Below, piece by piece: positions 19,768 through 30,500 of a stretch of 64,000 bases of DNA. Position 1 is the first letter of the stretch, and every line of letters starts with the position of its first letter. This DNA is from Nitrososphaeria archaeon. GTDB lineage: Archaea > Thermoproteota > Nitrososphaeria > Nitrososphaerales > JAAOZN01. The notes below the pieces were generated by a model, which saw only the letters and a list, made by a program, of their open reading frames with translations, did not search any database and had not been told where the DNA came from. The DNA lies in NCBI GenBank assembly GCA_029775855.1, contig JARVJZ010000004.1:146288-210287 (forward strand). Reading direction: 5' to 3'. The position numbers and the translations under genes were made by a program.

Positions 19768-20835
19768 ATGCGTATGGAAAGCGTCGATATTGGGAGCCTA
19801 CCTTTCCAAGGTGACTATGAAAAGTTGAATAGAGGGGCTAGAGGTGAAGAACAACATTACTTTGAGAAGATAATAGTTGACTACTATGTTGGTAAAATAA
19901 TGGCTGGGTTAGATGTTGCGACCTACCCGCAGCTCAGAGACATGTGCGGCATGTTTCTTGATGAATTATCTGGTCTTGTTAAGGTTGAGGGGAAGTATGC
20001 TGCTCTGGACTCTCTTAAGCCTAGATGTAAAGGTATAGCTGAAGTCGATGTAATATTCAAGCATTCAAGGCGTATCTATGAGAAGGTCAACAAGCCGTTT
20101 AAGATGAGGGTTTGCCTGACAGGACCATATACACTTTCATCATTTCTAATCGAGTCAAATGTTGACCAAGTGTTAGATCTTGCTGAGGCTCTCTATCAGA
20201 TAGCAGAAGGCTCTATTCACTCAAACAGCTATGGTTGCGTGGAGATGCTTGCTATAGAAGAGCCTCTTTTAGGGGTTGTAGACGACCCTAGGCTTGATTA
20301 TGCTGGGGAGTGGAGTGAAGCCTTTTTGAGGGCTTGGGATAAAGTCTTCTACGCTGCCTCAAGTAAAGGTGTTTTATGCTCTATGCATTTACACAGCACA
20401 TCGAACAAAATATTCTGGGATGTAGATAGGCTCAACATAATCGAAGCAGAAGCGGATGACGATATATTTAGAGCAGAAAGAACGAGAAAACTACTTGAGC
20501 GGCTTGACAAGAAGCTGAAGGCAAGCATATGCATAACAGATGTAAACAGACTCGCTGAGAAAGCTGCAGAACATACACCACGCTACAGCACACTACCTGA
20601 GGAGCACCGGGTGGGTCAGCTATGGGCTGACATAAAGCGTGGAAAGGAGGATGCCACGATTCTTCTAGAGAGCGAAGAAGAGATTTCTGCAAGGCTCCAA
20701 CAGACGATTAAACTTGTAGGTCTGGAGAACATTCCTTACGCTGGTCCGGAATGCGGGTTAAAAGGTTTCTTAACTTTAGACAACGCGCTCCTCTACTTAA
20801 AGAGATGCAGCGATGTGGTAAGGCGATTTGGTTAA
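19768..20835 (+). CDS. Cobalamin-independent methionine synthase catalytic-domain (core MetE/Mes-like) protein
   Basis: DIGSLP, TGPYTL, IEEP, MHLH and PECGL motifs; single barrel with no folate-binding N-terminal half. Confidence 0.65.
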   Translation: MRMESVDIGSLPFQGDYEKLNRGARGEEQHYFEKIIVDYYVGKIMAGLDVATYPQLRDMCGMFLDELSGLVKVEGKYAALDSLKPRCKGIAEVDVIFKHSRRIYEKVNKPFKMRVCLTGPYTLSSFLIESNVDQVLDLAEALYQIAEGSIHSNSYGCVEMLAIEEPLLGVVDDPRLDYAGEWSEAFLRAWDKVFYAASSKGVLCSMHLHSTSNKIFWDVDRLNIIEAEADDDIFRAERTRKLLERLDKKLKASICITDVNRLAEKAAEHTPRYSTLPEEHRVGQLWADIKRGKEDATILLESEEEISARLQQTIKLVGLENIPYAGPECGLKGFLTLDNALLYLKRCSDVVRRFG

Positions 20836-22321
20836 GTATAGACTCAATCCAACAATCTACGAGGTTAACACGCTACTGTGGCTTAACCAGCTCAGAGAAG
20901 TTTACGGCTCAGATCTAACCCTTTCTAGGGTGCCTTACGAGGAGTGGCTGCGACTTAAGAAGCAAGGTTTCGACTACATTTGGCTCATGGGTGTATGGAA
21001 AAGGAGTAGTAAAAGTAGGGAAATAGCGATGAATATAGATGCGCTAAAGGCTCAGTACTCCTTAGCCCTACCAGAGTGGAAGCCTGAGGATGTTGTCGGT
21101 TCACCATACGCTATACAAACCTATGATGTTGACCCGTTGTTAGGTAGGCTAGAGGATCTGAAGGAAGTTAGGAAGATTTTGAACGAGTTAAACATAGGGC
21201 TTATACTTGATTATGTGCCTAACCATGTTGCTATCGACCATCCTTGGGTCTTTAAGCATCCTGATTACTTCATATGCGTTGATGCAGCAGAAGCTGAGAG
21301 AAACCCACCTCACTATACCGTTGTCGATTTAGGCTCTGAAAGAGTATTTATTGCACACGGCAGAGACCCCTATTTTCCACCTTGGACTGATACGGTTCAA
21401 ATCAATATATTCTGCGCTGAGGCTAGAGAGGCACTTATTGAAGTTCTTGAGTTGATTTCAAGTCTTTGTGATGGTGTTAGATGTGATGTGGCTATGTTGC
21501 TGCTTAATGATGTCTTTGAAAGAACTTGGGGTCATCTGCTTAAGAAGCTCAGATTTTCAAGAAGCGGCGAAGAGTTTTGGAGAGAGGCTATATCTCGAGT
21601 GAAGACGCTAAACCCAGACTTTAATATGATAGCTGAAGTCTATTGGGGTCTTCAAGATCGATTGCTAGACCTTGGCTTCGACTATGTGTATGATAAGGAT
21701 CTTTATGACAGTTTATTTAATGAGCAACTTGAAGCCTTAAAGCGGTGCACCTCAATAAATGTCAGCAGACAGAGCAGATATGTTAGGTTCACAGAGAACC
21801 ACGACGAGATAAGAGCGGTGAACGCCTTCGGGAGGGAGAGGTCTATGGCAGCTTCACTTATAACCTACACTACACCGTCTATGAGGCTGTTCCACCAAGG
21901 GCAGCTCGAAGGCAGACGCATAAAGGCACCACTTCAACTCCAAAGGATAAAGAGCGAGGATGTCGACGAAGAGATACAAAGATTCTACAACGATTTATTA
22001 AATTTGTTGAACACCAATACACTACATAACGGAGACTGGCGCCTCTTAACTGTAGAGGGAGCTCAGACCGTCTTCGGCTGGATATGGGAATATGATTTAG
22101 AAAGTGTGTTGATCTGCGTAAACTACTCGGGCAGAGAAGCTGAGTGTAGCGTTAAAGTCGATGGATTGACAAACATACCACTTAACATCACACCCTTTTT
22201 CAGAAAAGGTGCTACACTTATCGATGCAGAGAAGGATTATGTTAGACTCAGATTTGAGCCTTACGGGTTTTGGCTAAGTCGGATGGTTTCTCACCCTCCT
22301 AATCAGCAGAATGAAGGGTAG
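20828..22321 (+). CDS. GH13 alpha-amylase family glycoside hydrolase
   Basis: DYVPNH, DGVRCDVA, AEVYW and ENHDE catalytic regions. Confidence 0.9.
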   Translation: MVKYRLNPTIYEVNTLLWLNQLREVYGSDLTLSRVPYEEWLRLKKQGFDYIWLMGVWKRSSKSREIAMNIDALKAQYSLALPEWKPEDVVGSPYAIQTYDVDPLLGRLEDLKEVRKILNELNIGLILDYVPNHVAIDHPWVFKHPDYFICVDAAEAERNPPHYTVVDLGSERVFIAHGRDPYFPPWTDTVQINIFCAEAREALIEVLELISSLCDGVRCDVAMLLLNDVFERTWGHLLKKLRFSRSGEEFWREAISRVKTLNPDFNMIAEVYWGLQDRLLDLGFDYVYDKDLYDSLFNEQLEALKRCTSINVSRQSRYVRFTENHDEIRAVNAFGRERSMAASLITYTTPSMRLFHQGQLEGRRIKAPLQLQRIKSEDVDEEIQRFYNDLLNLLNTNTLHNGDWRLLTVEGAQTVFGWIWEYDLESVLICVNYSGREAECSVKVDGLTNIPLNITPFFRKGATLIDAEKDYVRLRFEPYGFWLSRMVSHPPNQQNEG

Positions 22322-23431
22322 AACAGAAGATAACTCAATCAAAATAGAGAAGGCTACAATATACACATACCCCAAATTATAGAGCCAACCTATCACACTA
22401 CCGCCTACAAACCACGAAAAGCCGAGCACAGCGTTAAGAGCACCGAATCCAAACCCTCTTTTTACTGCCGGAAGAATGCTGGCGGCGCCAGCCCTCAAAA
22501 TAGTCTCGTGCAGACCCATAACTACACCCCAAAGCAGCGAGGCGAGGACAATCAAAGCATAGCTCTGCGTAAAAGCAAACACAGAAATTAGGGCTGTAAA
22601 CGCCGGTATGATACTTAGCATAAGTAGCCCAAATCTGTCGAAGAATCGGCCTACACCAAGCGCTGCAACCGCATCAAAGACCATAGCCAAAGAGAACAGC
22701 AGAGGTATATCAGCGTCTGCAAAACCCAAAGTATTCATGTGATAAGCCATGAGTTGAAAAGGAGCAAACCCGGCGACACTCAACCCAACGAATAAAAGAT
22801 ACGCTTTAACCAACCCCGTCTCGCTAACCTCTCCCAATCTAGAGCTCTTCTCCATCCTCTCTGGCTTAGGATACGCTTTAGCAACAAAAGCTAGTATGAT
22901 TAGAGCAAGTAGTGCCGGTAAAGCCAAAAAAGCGAAACCTTCACGATACCCGCCACCTAAAAGAAAAACTGCCGCAACTAGAGTAGGCCCCAATACCGCC
23001 CCAACTTGATCTAAAGCTTCGTGTAAAGCATACCCCTTACCTAACCCTATATTTGAAGACGCATAAGAAATGATTACATCTCTAGCCGGAGTTCTGACAG
23101 CCTTACCTAAGCGCTCAGCAAAGATCAGCATAGCAGCCAATTCCCATCGACCAACAAAAGCTAGAAGAGGAACTGAAACAAGATTCACAAAATACCCTAG
23201 GAAGAGTATCGGCCAATAACTCTTAGATCTATCAATCAGCGCCCCTGAAGCTAAACGGAGACCATACCCTAGAAGTTCACTGAAGCCGCTTACAAACCCT
23301 ACCGTAAGGGCGGAAGCGCCTAAGATAGCGAGGTAAGGTCCGACTATACTTCTAGCACCCTCATATGTGACATCAGCGAGGAGACTTACTAACCCTAAAA
23401 GCAGAATAAGGTTTAACGCTTGGCTACGCAC
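22274..23431 (-). CDS. MFS transporter (start revised to GTG 23431)
   Basis: GLVSLLADVTYEG, ERLGKAVRTPARD and DQVGA motifs; the ORF-track extension to 23554 overlaps udp. Confidence 0.85.
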   Translation of the reverse strand: MRSQALNLILLLGLVSLLADVTYEGARSIVGPYLAILGASALTVGFVSGFSELLGYGLRLASGALIDRSKSYWPILFLGYFVNLVSVPLLAFVGRWELAAMLIFAERLGKAVRTPARDVIISYASSNIGLGKGYALHEALDQVGAVLGPTLVAAVFLLGGGYREGFAFLALPALLALIILAFVAKAYPKPERMEKSSRLGEVSETGLVKAYLLFVGLSVAGFAPFQLMAYHMNTLGFADADIPLLFSLAMVFDAVAALGVGRFFDRFGLLMLSIIPAFTALISVFAFTQSYALIVLASLLWGVVMGLHETILRAGAASILPAVKRGFGFGALNAVLGFSWFVGGSVIGWLYNLGYVYIVAFSILIELSSVLPFILLIRRVRNHPT

Positions 23432-23493
23432 ACCACACCAATATACTCTAAGGGGAAAAGGTTTTAGAATGTTACCCAACAAACGAATAGAAG

Positions 23494-24273
23494 ATGAGTT
23501 CTGAACCATTCTACCATGTGAGGGTAAAGGAAGGCGAGGTGGGCAGACTCGCACTCTTACCCGGAGACCCAGCTAGGGTAAAATTGATAGGCGAACAACT
23601 TAAAGAACCAAAGATAATAGCTTCACACAGAGAGTTCACAGTATTGAATGGGTATCTAGATGATGAATTAGTTACTGTATGCTCAACAGGCATAGGTGGG
23701 CCATCTGCTGCTATAGCGGTTGAAGAGCTCTCTCGAGCCGGTGTAAAGACGATGATAAGAGTAGGCACCTGCGGCGCAATACAAAGAGAAGTGAAGATTG
23801 GTGATCTCGTAATAGCAACTGCAGCGGTGAGACTCGATGGTACTTCAAAGCAGTATGTTGTGCCTGAATACCCAGCTGTAGCATCACCACAGATAGTCTA
23901 CGCGCTATCTAAGGCTGCAAAAGAGCTTGGCTTCAGATTCCACATCGGCTTATGCGCTTCTACAGACGCATTCTATATAGGGCAGGGTAGACATGGCTTC
24001 CAAGGCTTTCGCACAGCTGAAAGCAGAAGCATATCATATTTGATGCGTAGACTGAGGGTTCTTTGCTTCGAGATGGAGGCTTCAACTATATTCACCTTAT
24101 CGACAATATATGGGCTGAGGGCTGGCGCAGTCTTTGTAGCCATACCAGCAAAAGCATCAGACCCAGATAGGTTGGGACACGAGCTAAGAGTCTCAAAGAG
24201 CGCAGTAGAAGCCCTAAGAATATTGATGAAGTGGGATAAAGAGGCAGAAGGAGGCATATGGCTGCCCAAGTAG
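23494..24273 (+). CDS. udp: Uridine/purine nucleoside phosphorylase
   Basis: PGDPAR, HREF, GIGGPS, RVGTCG and EMEAS motifs. Confidence 0.88.
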   Translation: MSSEPFYHVRVKEGEVGRLALLPGDPARVKLIGEQLKEPKIIASHREFTVLNGYLDDELVTVCSTGIGGPSAAIAVEELSRAGVKTMIRVGTCGAIQREVKIGDLVIATAAVRLDGTSKQYVVPEYPAVASPQIVYALSKAAKELGFRFHIGLCASTDAFYIGQGRHGFQGFRTAESRSISYLMRRLRVLCFEMEASTIFTLSTIYGLRAGAVFVAIPAKASDPDRLGHELRVSKSAVEALRILMKWDKEAEGGIWLPK

Positions 24274-24917
24274 GTAGAAGCACGCTAAAAAAGATCATAG
24301 CGGCGATAGACGAAGGTAAATTAAACTTAGATGAGTTTAGGAAGGCAGCTGCTCTTACAGAACCGTTATTCAAGGAAGGAAGCGCTCTGCTGTCATCAAA
24401 TCAAATCGGCATCTGGAGTGATTATACAGTGACATTTAGAAGAGGAGACAAGATGAAGGCTGCACTACTACTCTGCAAAATGGGCGAACCCTTGAATGAG
24501 GTCGCCAAGATGCTAAAATGGTCTGAATTCGAAGACTTCGCAGCAACACTTCTGGAAGGCGAAGGCTACTCTGTTAGAAGGAGGGTTAGGTTAAAGAAGC
24601 CGAAGTGTGAAATAGATATAGTTGCTGCTAAAGATGACTTAGCCTTAATCATAGACTGCAAACACTGGCGTAGATCCGGAGGAACCTCAACGATAAGTAA
24701 AGTGGTAGACGCCCAAATAAATAGGGCAAAAGCCCTTGCCGCAAATAAACCGAGCTTTATGAGCGGGTGTGATAAGTTTCTTACAGTCATTCTGACACTT
24801 TACAGCGAAAGTTTCACTATGCTAAAAGGCGTTCCTATCGTGCCTATTAACCTACTCTCAGACTTTATACTGAAGATAAGAGGCTACCTAAACGAAGTGA
24901 ATATCATAAAAAACTAA
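24258..24917 (+). CDS. Mrr-like PD-(D/E)XK endonuclease
   Basis: WSEFEDF, EIDIVA and IIDCKHW motifs. Confidence 0.75.
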   Translation: MAAQVGRSTLKKIIAAIDEGKLNLDEFRKAAALTEPLFKEGSALLSSNQIGIWSDYTVTFRRGDKMKAALLLCKMGEPLNEVAKMLKWSEFEDFAATLLEGEGYSVRRRVRLKKPKCEIDIVAAKDDLALIIDCKHWRRSGGTSTISKVVDAQINRAKALAANKPSFMSGCDKFLTVILTLYSESFTMLKGVPIVPINLLSDFILKIRGYLNEVNIIKN

Positions 24918-26041
24918 AGAAGGCTAGTTGGATCACATATAGGTAGAGCCATCGTAGACACATATTCATTAAGACGCTCAACAACAGCGCTCGGCTCAGC
25001 ATCCTCAACTCTAAACTCTAGAAGCCTCTGAAGAGGTATGGGTGTAGATATAAGACCAGTCTTATAATGCATAGATAGAGGTGCTCTCACATCACCCATA
25101 GGTTTAAGAAGCGACCAATCGACAAGAATCTGCTTCAACCTCTTCTCCTTATGCGCAACTTGTGATGTAGTAAACCCAGCTTCTAAATCAACCATATCTC
25201 TAAATCGGTCGATAAACGATCTATCAGATCTAAGCCTCCGCTCAAGCTCAGCCTGAACCTTGACGGCTATTTTCCTATAGGCTTTAAAGACATCACCTCT
25301 ATGTTTAAGTGAAGTGTTATCAAGCCTAGCCCAGATCTGAAACCCCCTTGAGCCACTAAACTTAACCATAACCGTGATACCATACTCTGTAAGCATTTCA
25401 GCCAGCCTATATGTGACCTCCTTCAGCAGCTGGAAACCGTCTTCAACTCTAAGAAGCTCTCCGCCAGCATCTAGATCTAGCACAAAAAAGTCTGGCTCAC
25501 TGGAGTTTAAGGTGTGTATGTAGGGTATAAAGTCAACGCAGTGGTCATAAACCAACTCAATAAGCCTCTCCTTACTACCTATAGTCAAGAGCTGCGGCTT
25601 AGGCTTATACTTCGCATACCTCACAAATATCGCCTCAACTTCATTAAGCGGATCTTTCTTACCAGAAAAGACCTTAACCGCTGATACAGCTCTATCTTTA
25701 AGGAAGGGCATCATATAATCTGCCACCCTTGGGTAGTAATCTTTAGCAACCCAAACCCTAAGGTAAGAGGTGTTTAAGAGTGCTCCTACACGCTCAGCAC
25801 ACCTCCGTACTACATCGTCAAGCAGATCAGTCTTAGCGAAGCCTTCAACACCCTTCACAACAAATCCACTTGCAACCATCTTACCTAAAGCCTTTTGAAC
25901 CTCATCAACACCAACCTTCCTCTGCTCAGCAGCCTCCACATCTCTAGCCACCTTAGAATACAAGTGTTCAAAATCAACAAACTTCCCAGGCTCCTTTATG
26001 GCTAATAGTAGAGCAAGCCTCTCTTCGACAGTAGCCCTCAC
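24914..26041 (-). CDS. LigD-type primase-polymerase (AEP superfamily) with N-terminal wHTH-like segment
   Basis: YYPRVA..MMPFLKDRAVS, PDFFVLDLD (DxD), KFSGSRGFQIW, ILVDW and APLS motifs. Confidence 0.75.
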   Translation of the reverse strand: MRATVEERLALLLAIKEPGKFVDFEHLYSKVARDVEAAEQRKVGVDEVQKALGKMVASGFVVKGVEGFAKTDLLDDVVRRCAERVGALLNTSYLRVWVAKDYYPRVADYMMPFLKDRAVSAVKVFSGKKDPLNEVEAIFVRYAKYKPKPQLLTIGSKERLIELVYDHCVDFIPYIHTLNSSEPDFFVLDLDAGGELLRVEDGFQLLKEVTYRLAEMLTEYGITVMVKFSGSRGFQIWARLDNTSLKHRGDVFKAYRKIAVKVQAELERRLRSDRSFIDRFRDMVDLEAGFTTSQVAHKEKRLKQILVDWSLLKPMGDVRAPLSMHYKTGLISTPIPLQRLLEFRVEDAEPSAVVERLNEYVSTMALPICDPTSLL

Positions 26042-26061
26042 ACCAACACACCCCTCTTTTC

Positions 26062-26123
26062 GGAGTCTCAGCCTAATGCCTTATCTTCACACATCAGATC
26101 AACTCTGAGCCATCATCGACTCC
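26062..26123 (-). ncRNA. Box C/D 2'-O-methylation guide sRNA
   Basis: Minus strand reads GGAGTC G ATGATGG (C) CTCAGAGTTGAT CTGA (D') TGT GTGAAGA (C') TAAGGCATTAGG CTGA (D) GACTCC: a 6-bp terminal stem and two 12-nt guides. Confidence 0.85.
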
Positions 26124-26208
26124 ACTACTATAAGAAAAAGGTTAGATATTAGCGTTAAACCAGCTACACAACCAAAACTCTTTAGAGCGTATCATCAGAG
26201 GCTAAGAT

Positions 26209-27369
26209 GTGCAAGAAAAGAAAGCGTTTCTTCTACCAGCCTTCGCCCTCGGGCACACAGCCCACCACCTATACACAGCCATAATACCGGCGCTTCTACC
26301 CATCTTTAAATCTACATTCAACCTAACCTATGTTGAGACAGCACTACTGCCCACAGCGTTCCAAGTAGGCTTAACAGCCCAGATAATCGTAGGACTCTAC
26401 TCAGACAAAACCACAAAACGAAGCATAATAGTATCACTAGGACTCGCAGCAACAGCAGTCGCAATAGCGGCGCTAAGCCTAGCCAACGCATACCCCTCAC
26501 TCCTAATAACATCCTTCCTAGCGGGTGTCGCAGCGAGCACATACCACCCAGCTGGCACAACACTTGTCACAGAACACTACCCACAAAAAATGGGTTTCGC
26601 ACTAGGCATACACGCAATAGGAGGCGGATTAGGAACATCACTAGGGCCAATAATGCTCGGCGCCTTAGCCGCAACCCTAACATGGCAAGAAGCCCTCTAC
26701 ATTATAACCCTACCCGGCTTAATAACCTCCCTAATATACTCAAAGCTTGTAAAAGATGTCTGGACATTTAAGCCAGAATCACAAAAGCAGTCTAAAACGC
26801 AAGAAGATGTCATGCGACGAATCGCACCTACACTAACTATCTTTCTAGCAGCCTACCTCATGGGGCAGTTCGCAGCCGAAACAATGGTAGATTTTATACC
26901 ACTATACCTCACAGCAACCTTCCTAGTCGCAGCGCCTATAGCAGCCATACTACTAGGACTAATGCGCATACTAGGCGTAATAGGCGGACCAATAGGAGGG
27001 CTCATAGTAGACAAACTAGGCTCAAAACGCATCGTAAGCCTCAGCTTCTTAGGTCAAGCAGCCTGCATACTACTCCTACTCCAAATGGAACTAGGGGGAA
27101 ACCTCTATCTGCTGCTAGCCTTAATGGGATTCTTCTTCGCCATCCAGATACCAGCAGGCAACGCATACCTCGCCAAACTCGTGCCAGAAAGAAGAAGAGG
27201 CACAGCATACGCAATATTCTTCACCGCAAACGTAGCCTGGGCAGCGCTTGTCCCACCCATCTCAGGAGCAATCATAGAAGCCTATAACTTCCACACAGCA
27301 TTCACAACAGCAGCACTAATCTGCGCAGCAGGAGCCACAATAATGCTTACTCTCAAAGAGCCTAAGTGA
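26209..27369 (+). CDS. MFS transporter (FSR-like)
   Basis: GH..HH.Y..IIPALLP, YHPAG and G..SD/VD loop motifs; about 12 TM segments. Confidence 0.88.
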   Translation: MQEKKAFLLPAFALGHTAHHLYTAIIPALLPIFKSTFNLTYVETALLPTAFQVGLTAQIIVGLYSDKTTKRSIIVSLGLAATAVAIAALSLANAYPSLLITSFLAGVAASTYHPAGTTLVTEHYPQKMGFALGIHAIGGGLGTSLGPIMLGALAATLTWQEALYIITLPGLITSLIYSKLVKDVWTFKPESQKQSKTQEDVMRRIAPTLTIFLAAYLMGQFAAETMVDFIPLYLTATFLVAAPIAAILLGLMRILGVIGGPIGGLIVDKLGSKRIVSLSFLGQAACILLLLQMELGGNLYLLLALMGFFFAIQIPAGNAYLAKLVPERRRGTAYAIFFTANVAWAALVPPISGAIIEAYNFHTAFTTAALICAAGATIMLTLKEPK

Positions 27370-27406
27370 AAAAGATTTAGGTATCAACCAAGCCAACCCA
27401 CTTAGA

Positions 27407-27480
27407 GCCCCGGTAGCTTAGCCCAGCAAAGCGCCTGCCTCGTAAGCAGGAGATCGCGGGTGCAAATCCCGCTCGGGGCT
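27407..27480 (+). tRNA. tRNA-Thr(CGT), intronless, atypical A18/G55
   Basis: GCCCCGG/TCGGGGC acceptor, CCTGC-CT CGT AA-GCAGG anticodon arm, T-loop TGCAAAT, U73. Confidence 0.92.
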
Positions 27481-27548
27481 TTTCTACTACAATAAATATT
27501 TTCAGGAAGAGATATTTACTTAAATAATCTGAGGGTTGGTTTGAAGGA

Positions 27549-30500
27549 ATGTCTCTGCTCGATAGATACGCAGCAAACACTGTTAAGCGTCCCAAAACAC
27601 TTATAGCGGTAGCTGTGGTTATTATAATACTGCTAAGTTTTAATGCTCCACACCTGGATGAGTACATCCTGTATAGCATCGACCTGTTCATACCCACTAC
27701 ACTTGAAGCGAAGAGGACCCAAGAGATTATCAGTACAAAGATAGGTGTGGAACAAGCTGACGTGGAGTTTATTGTAGTAGAAGCAGATGGATCCAGACTT
27801 TTCTCAGAGGATGGACGGCTACTACTATCTAGGCTAACTAGGGGTTTAGAAGAGAGCAGTGGTGTGACTCTGAAGGGAGTTAGGGAGGTAGTAAGTATCA
27901 CAAAGGTCTATGACGAGGTGCTTAACGTATATTGGCTGAAGATGAATGAAACTTATCGCAATATAGAAGATTTTGTGAGAAGTAATCTAACCAAGCTCCA
28001 TCTAGCATTTTATGAAATGGTAGACAGCTTACACACACTACACACACAGCTTTACCACACTCTAAATAACCTAACCGCAGCATCCGAAATAGTATACGGA
28101 GTACCTGCACTATACCTCAAAGTTTGGAGTAATACAGTGGAACAAATGTTTAAAGCTAACCCTACACGCCCAATATCAACCAAGCTCGTTAACGAATTAG
28201 CGTTTAACACATCTTTAGCAATGCTACCAGCTGACGGTCGAGCTTTAACCGAAAGCTACCTTAAAGCATTCTACAGCGCTTGGTCCTCAAGCTTAAAGGA
28301 AGACTTTTTGAGTTTAAGCGACCTTACACCACAAAATCTTTATGGGAGAGCCCAAGAAGCCATAGACTCAACCGCCCCTCTTATATTTAATTCTGCTACT
28401 CTCGGCAAAGCTTCCCTGTTATTCACAAAAGTCCATAATATAATGAATCTAACAACGTGGTTAGATGCATCTCTAAGGCATGACTTGCTAAAGGATGTAA
28501 CAATTACTCTAGTATCTGAAGAGGCTGGTCTAGAACCTGAGAGCGTGAAGAAAGTTTTCAACTTAGGTGCTGAAATTTCAGAGCAAGAACTGAATAAATT
28601 AACCGTAGACTTGTTGAGCGAAAGGCAGGTTGCTAATAGGACTCTACTCGAGACATGCTTAGAGCTAGGTCGTAACCCAACCAGTGAAGAGATAGACGCT
28701 GTCGTAAAGAGCGTCACATCAAAGCTGTTTGAGGATATTAAAGCTCGTTTTCCAAAACCAAGTTTCCCAGAAAGCATCCCAAAAGATCTGTATAACAGAT
28801 TTGTGAGCAGTGATAATAAAACTACCATCATTATAGTAAGATTTAACCACAACCTAACCGAGTCAGAAAAGGAAGCCAACATTAAGAGCTTACATAACAT
28901 AGTTGAAGAAGTGAAAGAGCCCAGCTTCACAATTCTACTTACAGGACCGATGAGCCTCTCTCACGACATCAAAAGCATAAACACTAGAGACATAGAGAAT
29001 ATAGATAAAGCGACTATCATAGTTGTGTTTATACTCGGTGCTTTTGTGTTAACCTCGTTAGTAGTACCATCCATATCGCTGATAACCGTAGGCGCAGCGC
29101 TTTTTGCTGCCTTAGGCCTATTGACCCTCTTATCTTCAATAGGCTTCAAACCCTACTACCTGCTAAGAAGTATGATAAGCGTAGTCACGTTAGGTGCTGG
29201 CGTAGATTATGTGATCTTTATGCTCTTTAGATACCTTGAGGAGCGAACTATTCAAAGTGATAATTCTGTAGCGGTTAAGAGGACGGCTTTACACGCTGGC
29301 GGCGCAGTAGTTCTAAGCGCATCGGCTGTCATCATCGGCTTCCTCAGCCTAACACTCTCAGAAATAGGCATCCTTCGAAGCATAGGCCTTGGTCTAGCGA
29401 TAGGCATACTCATAACCCTAGCAGCTGCTCTATTAATAATACCCTCAACGCTCTTTATAGTTAAAGAGAGGATTCTTTGGCCAAGGAAGAGGATCCCAAC
29501 ACACGCAGCCAGAATAGTCCTCTTCAGGAGGATGGCACACTACTGTGTGTCAAAACCTAAAAAGATTCTGGCAATAGGGTTATTAATAACAGTAGCATTA
29601 GGCGTAATACTCTCCACAATAACCGTCACGTTTAACGACATAGAAATGTTGCCTCCCTTTGAATCTAAGGAAGGTGTGGAACACATTCTTAACGCATTCG
29701 GGGCGGCACCATTCTCACAAGCCCAAGTTGTAGTATTAAGTAAAGAGCCCCTCTTCTATGACACAATAATTAACGTTGGACTTTACCTAGCGTTAGACAG
29801 GCTCGGCCAAGAAGTATCTGCTGTAGATGGTGTAGTCGCTCACTACACGTTAGGCCCGACGAGACCAAATGGTACTTATATTTCGCCAGAAGAAGCTGAT
29901 AAAAGCATCATTAAGCAGTTCATGGATAAAGAAGGTAAAATCTTCCTCATCACGACAAGCCTCAAACACTTTTACACAAGCGACGAAGCGTTTAGAACGA
30001 TCAAATCTATTAGGGAAAAGGCTGCAGAGCTTGTTAGAGAAGAAAAAGCGTTGAGTGGGGCAGAGATTCTGGTCGGGGGTAGCGCTGCATTTTACTATGA
30101 TATAATGAGCAAGATAAACGCCGACTTCCTCTACTTTATAATCCCTGTGGCGTGTGTAAGTATCTTCTTAATACTTTTGATTGCATTAGGCTCCTTTATC
30201 ATCCCGCTTCGGCTTCTTGCAACAACAGCGATGAGCGTAGTGTGGTCTCTTGCTCTTCTAGTTTTAGTATTCCAACATTGGTTAGGCTTCCAGATATACT
30301 GGCTTACACCATTCCTGACCTTTGCTCTACTTATGGGGCTAGGTATGGACTACGACATCTTCCTCATAACAAGAGTTAGAGAAGAAGCCCTTAAAGGTTT
30401 CAGTGACGAGCAAGCAGTCGTTAACGCCGTAGAGAAAACTGGTTTGGTGCTTACCGGCGCAGGCTTGATACTAGGCTCGGCTCTTGCCACACTTATGCTC

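Noticed and set aside
27377-27901. 174-aa minus-strand ORF, and ORF 53832-54026
   Set aside because: They are antisense to MMPL/tRNA-Thr and to tRNA-Ala, with no protein motifs.
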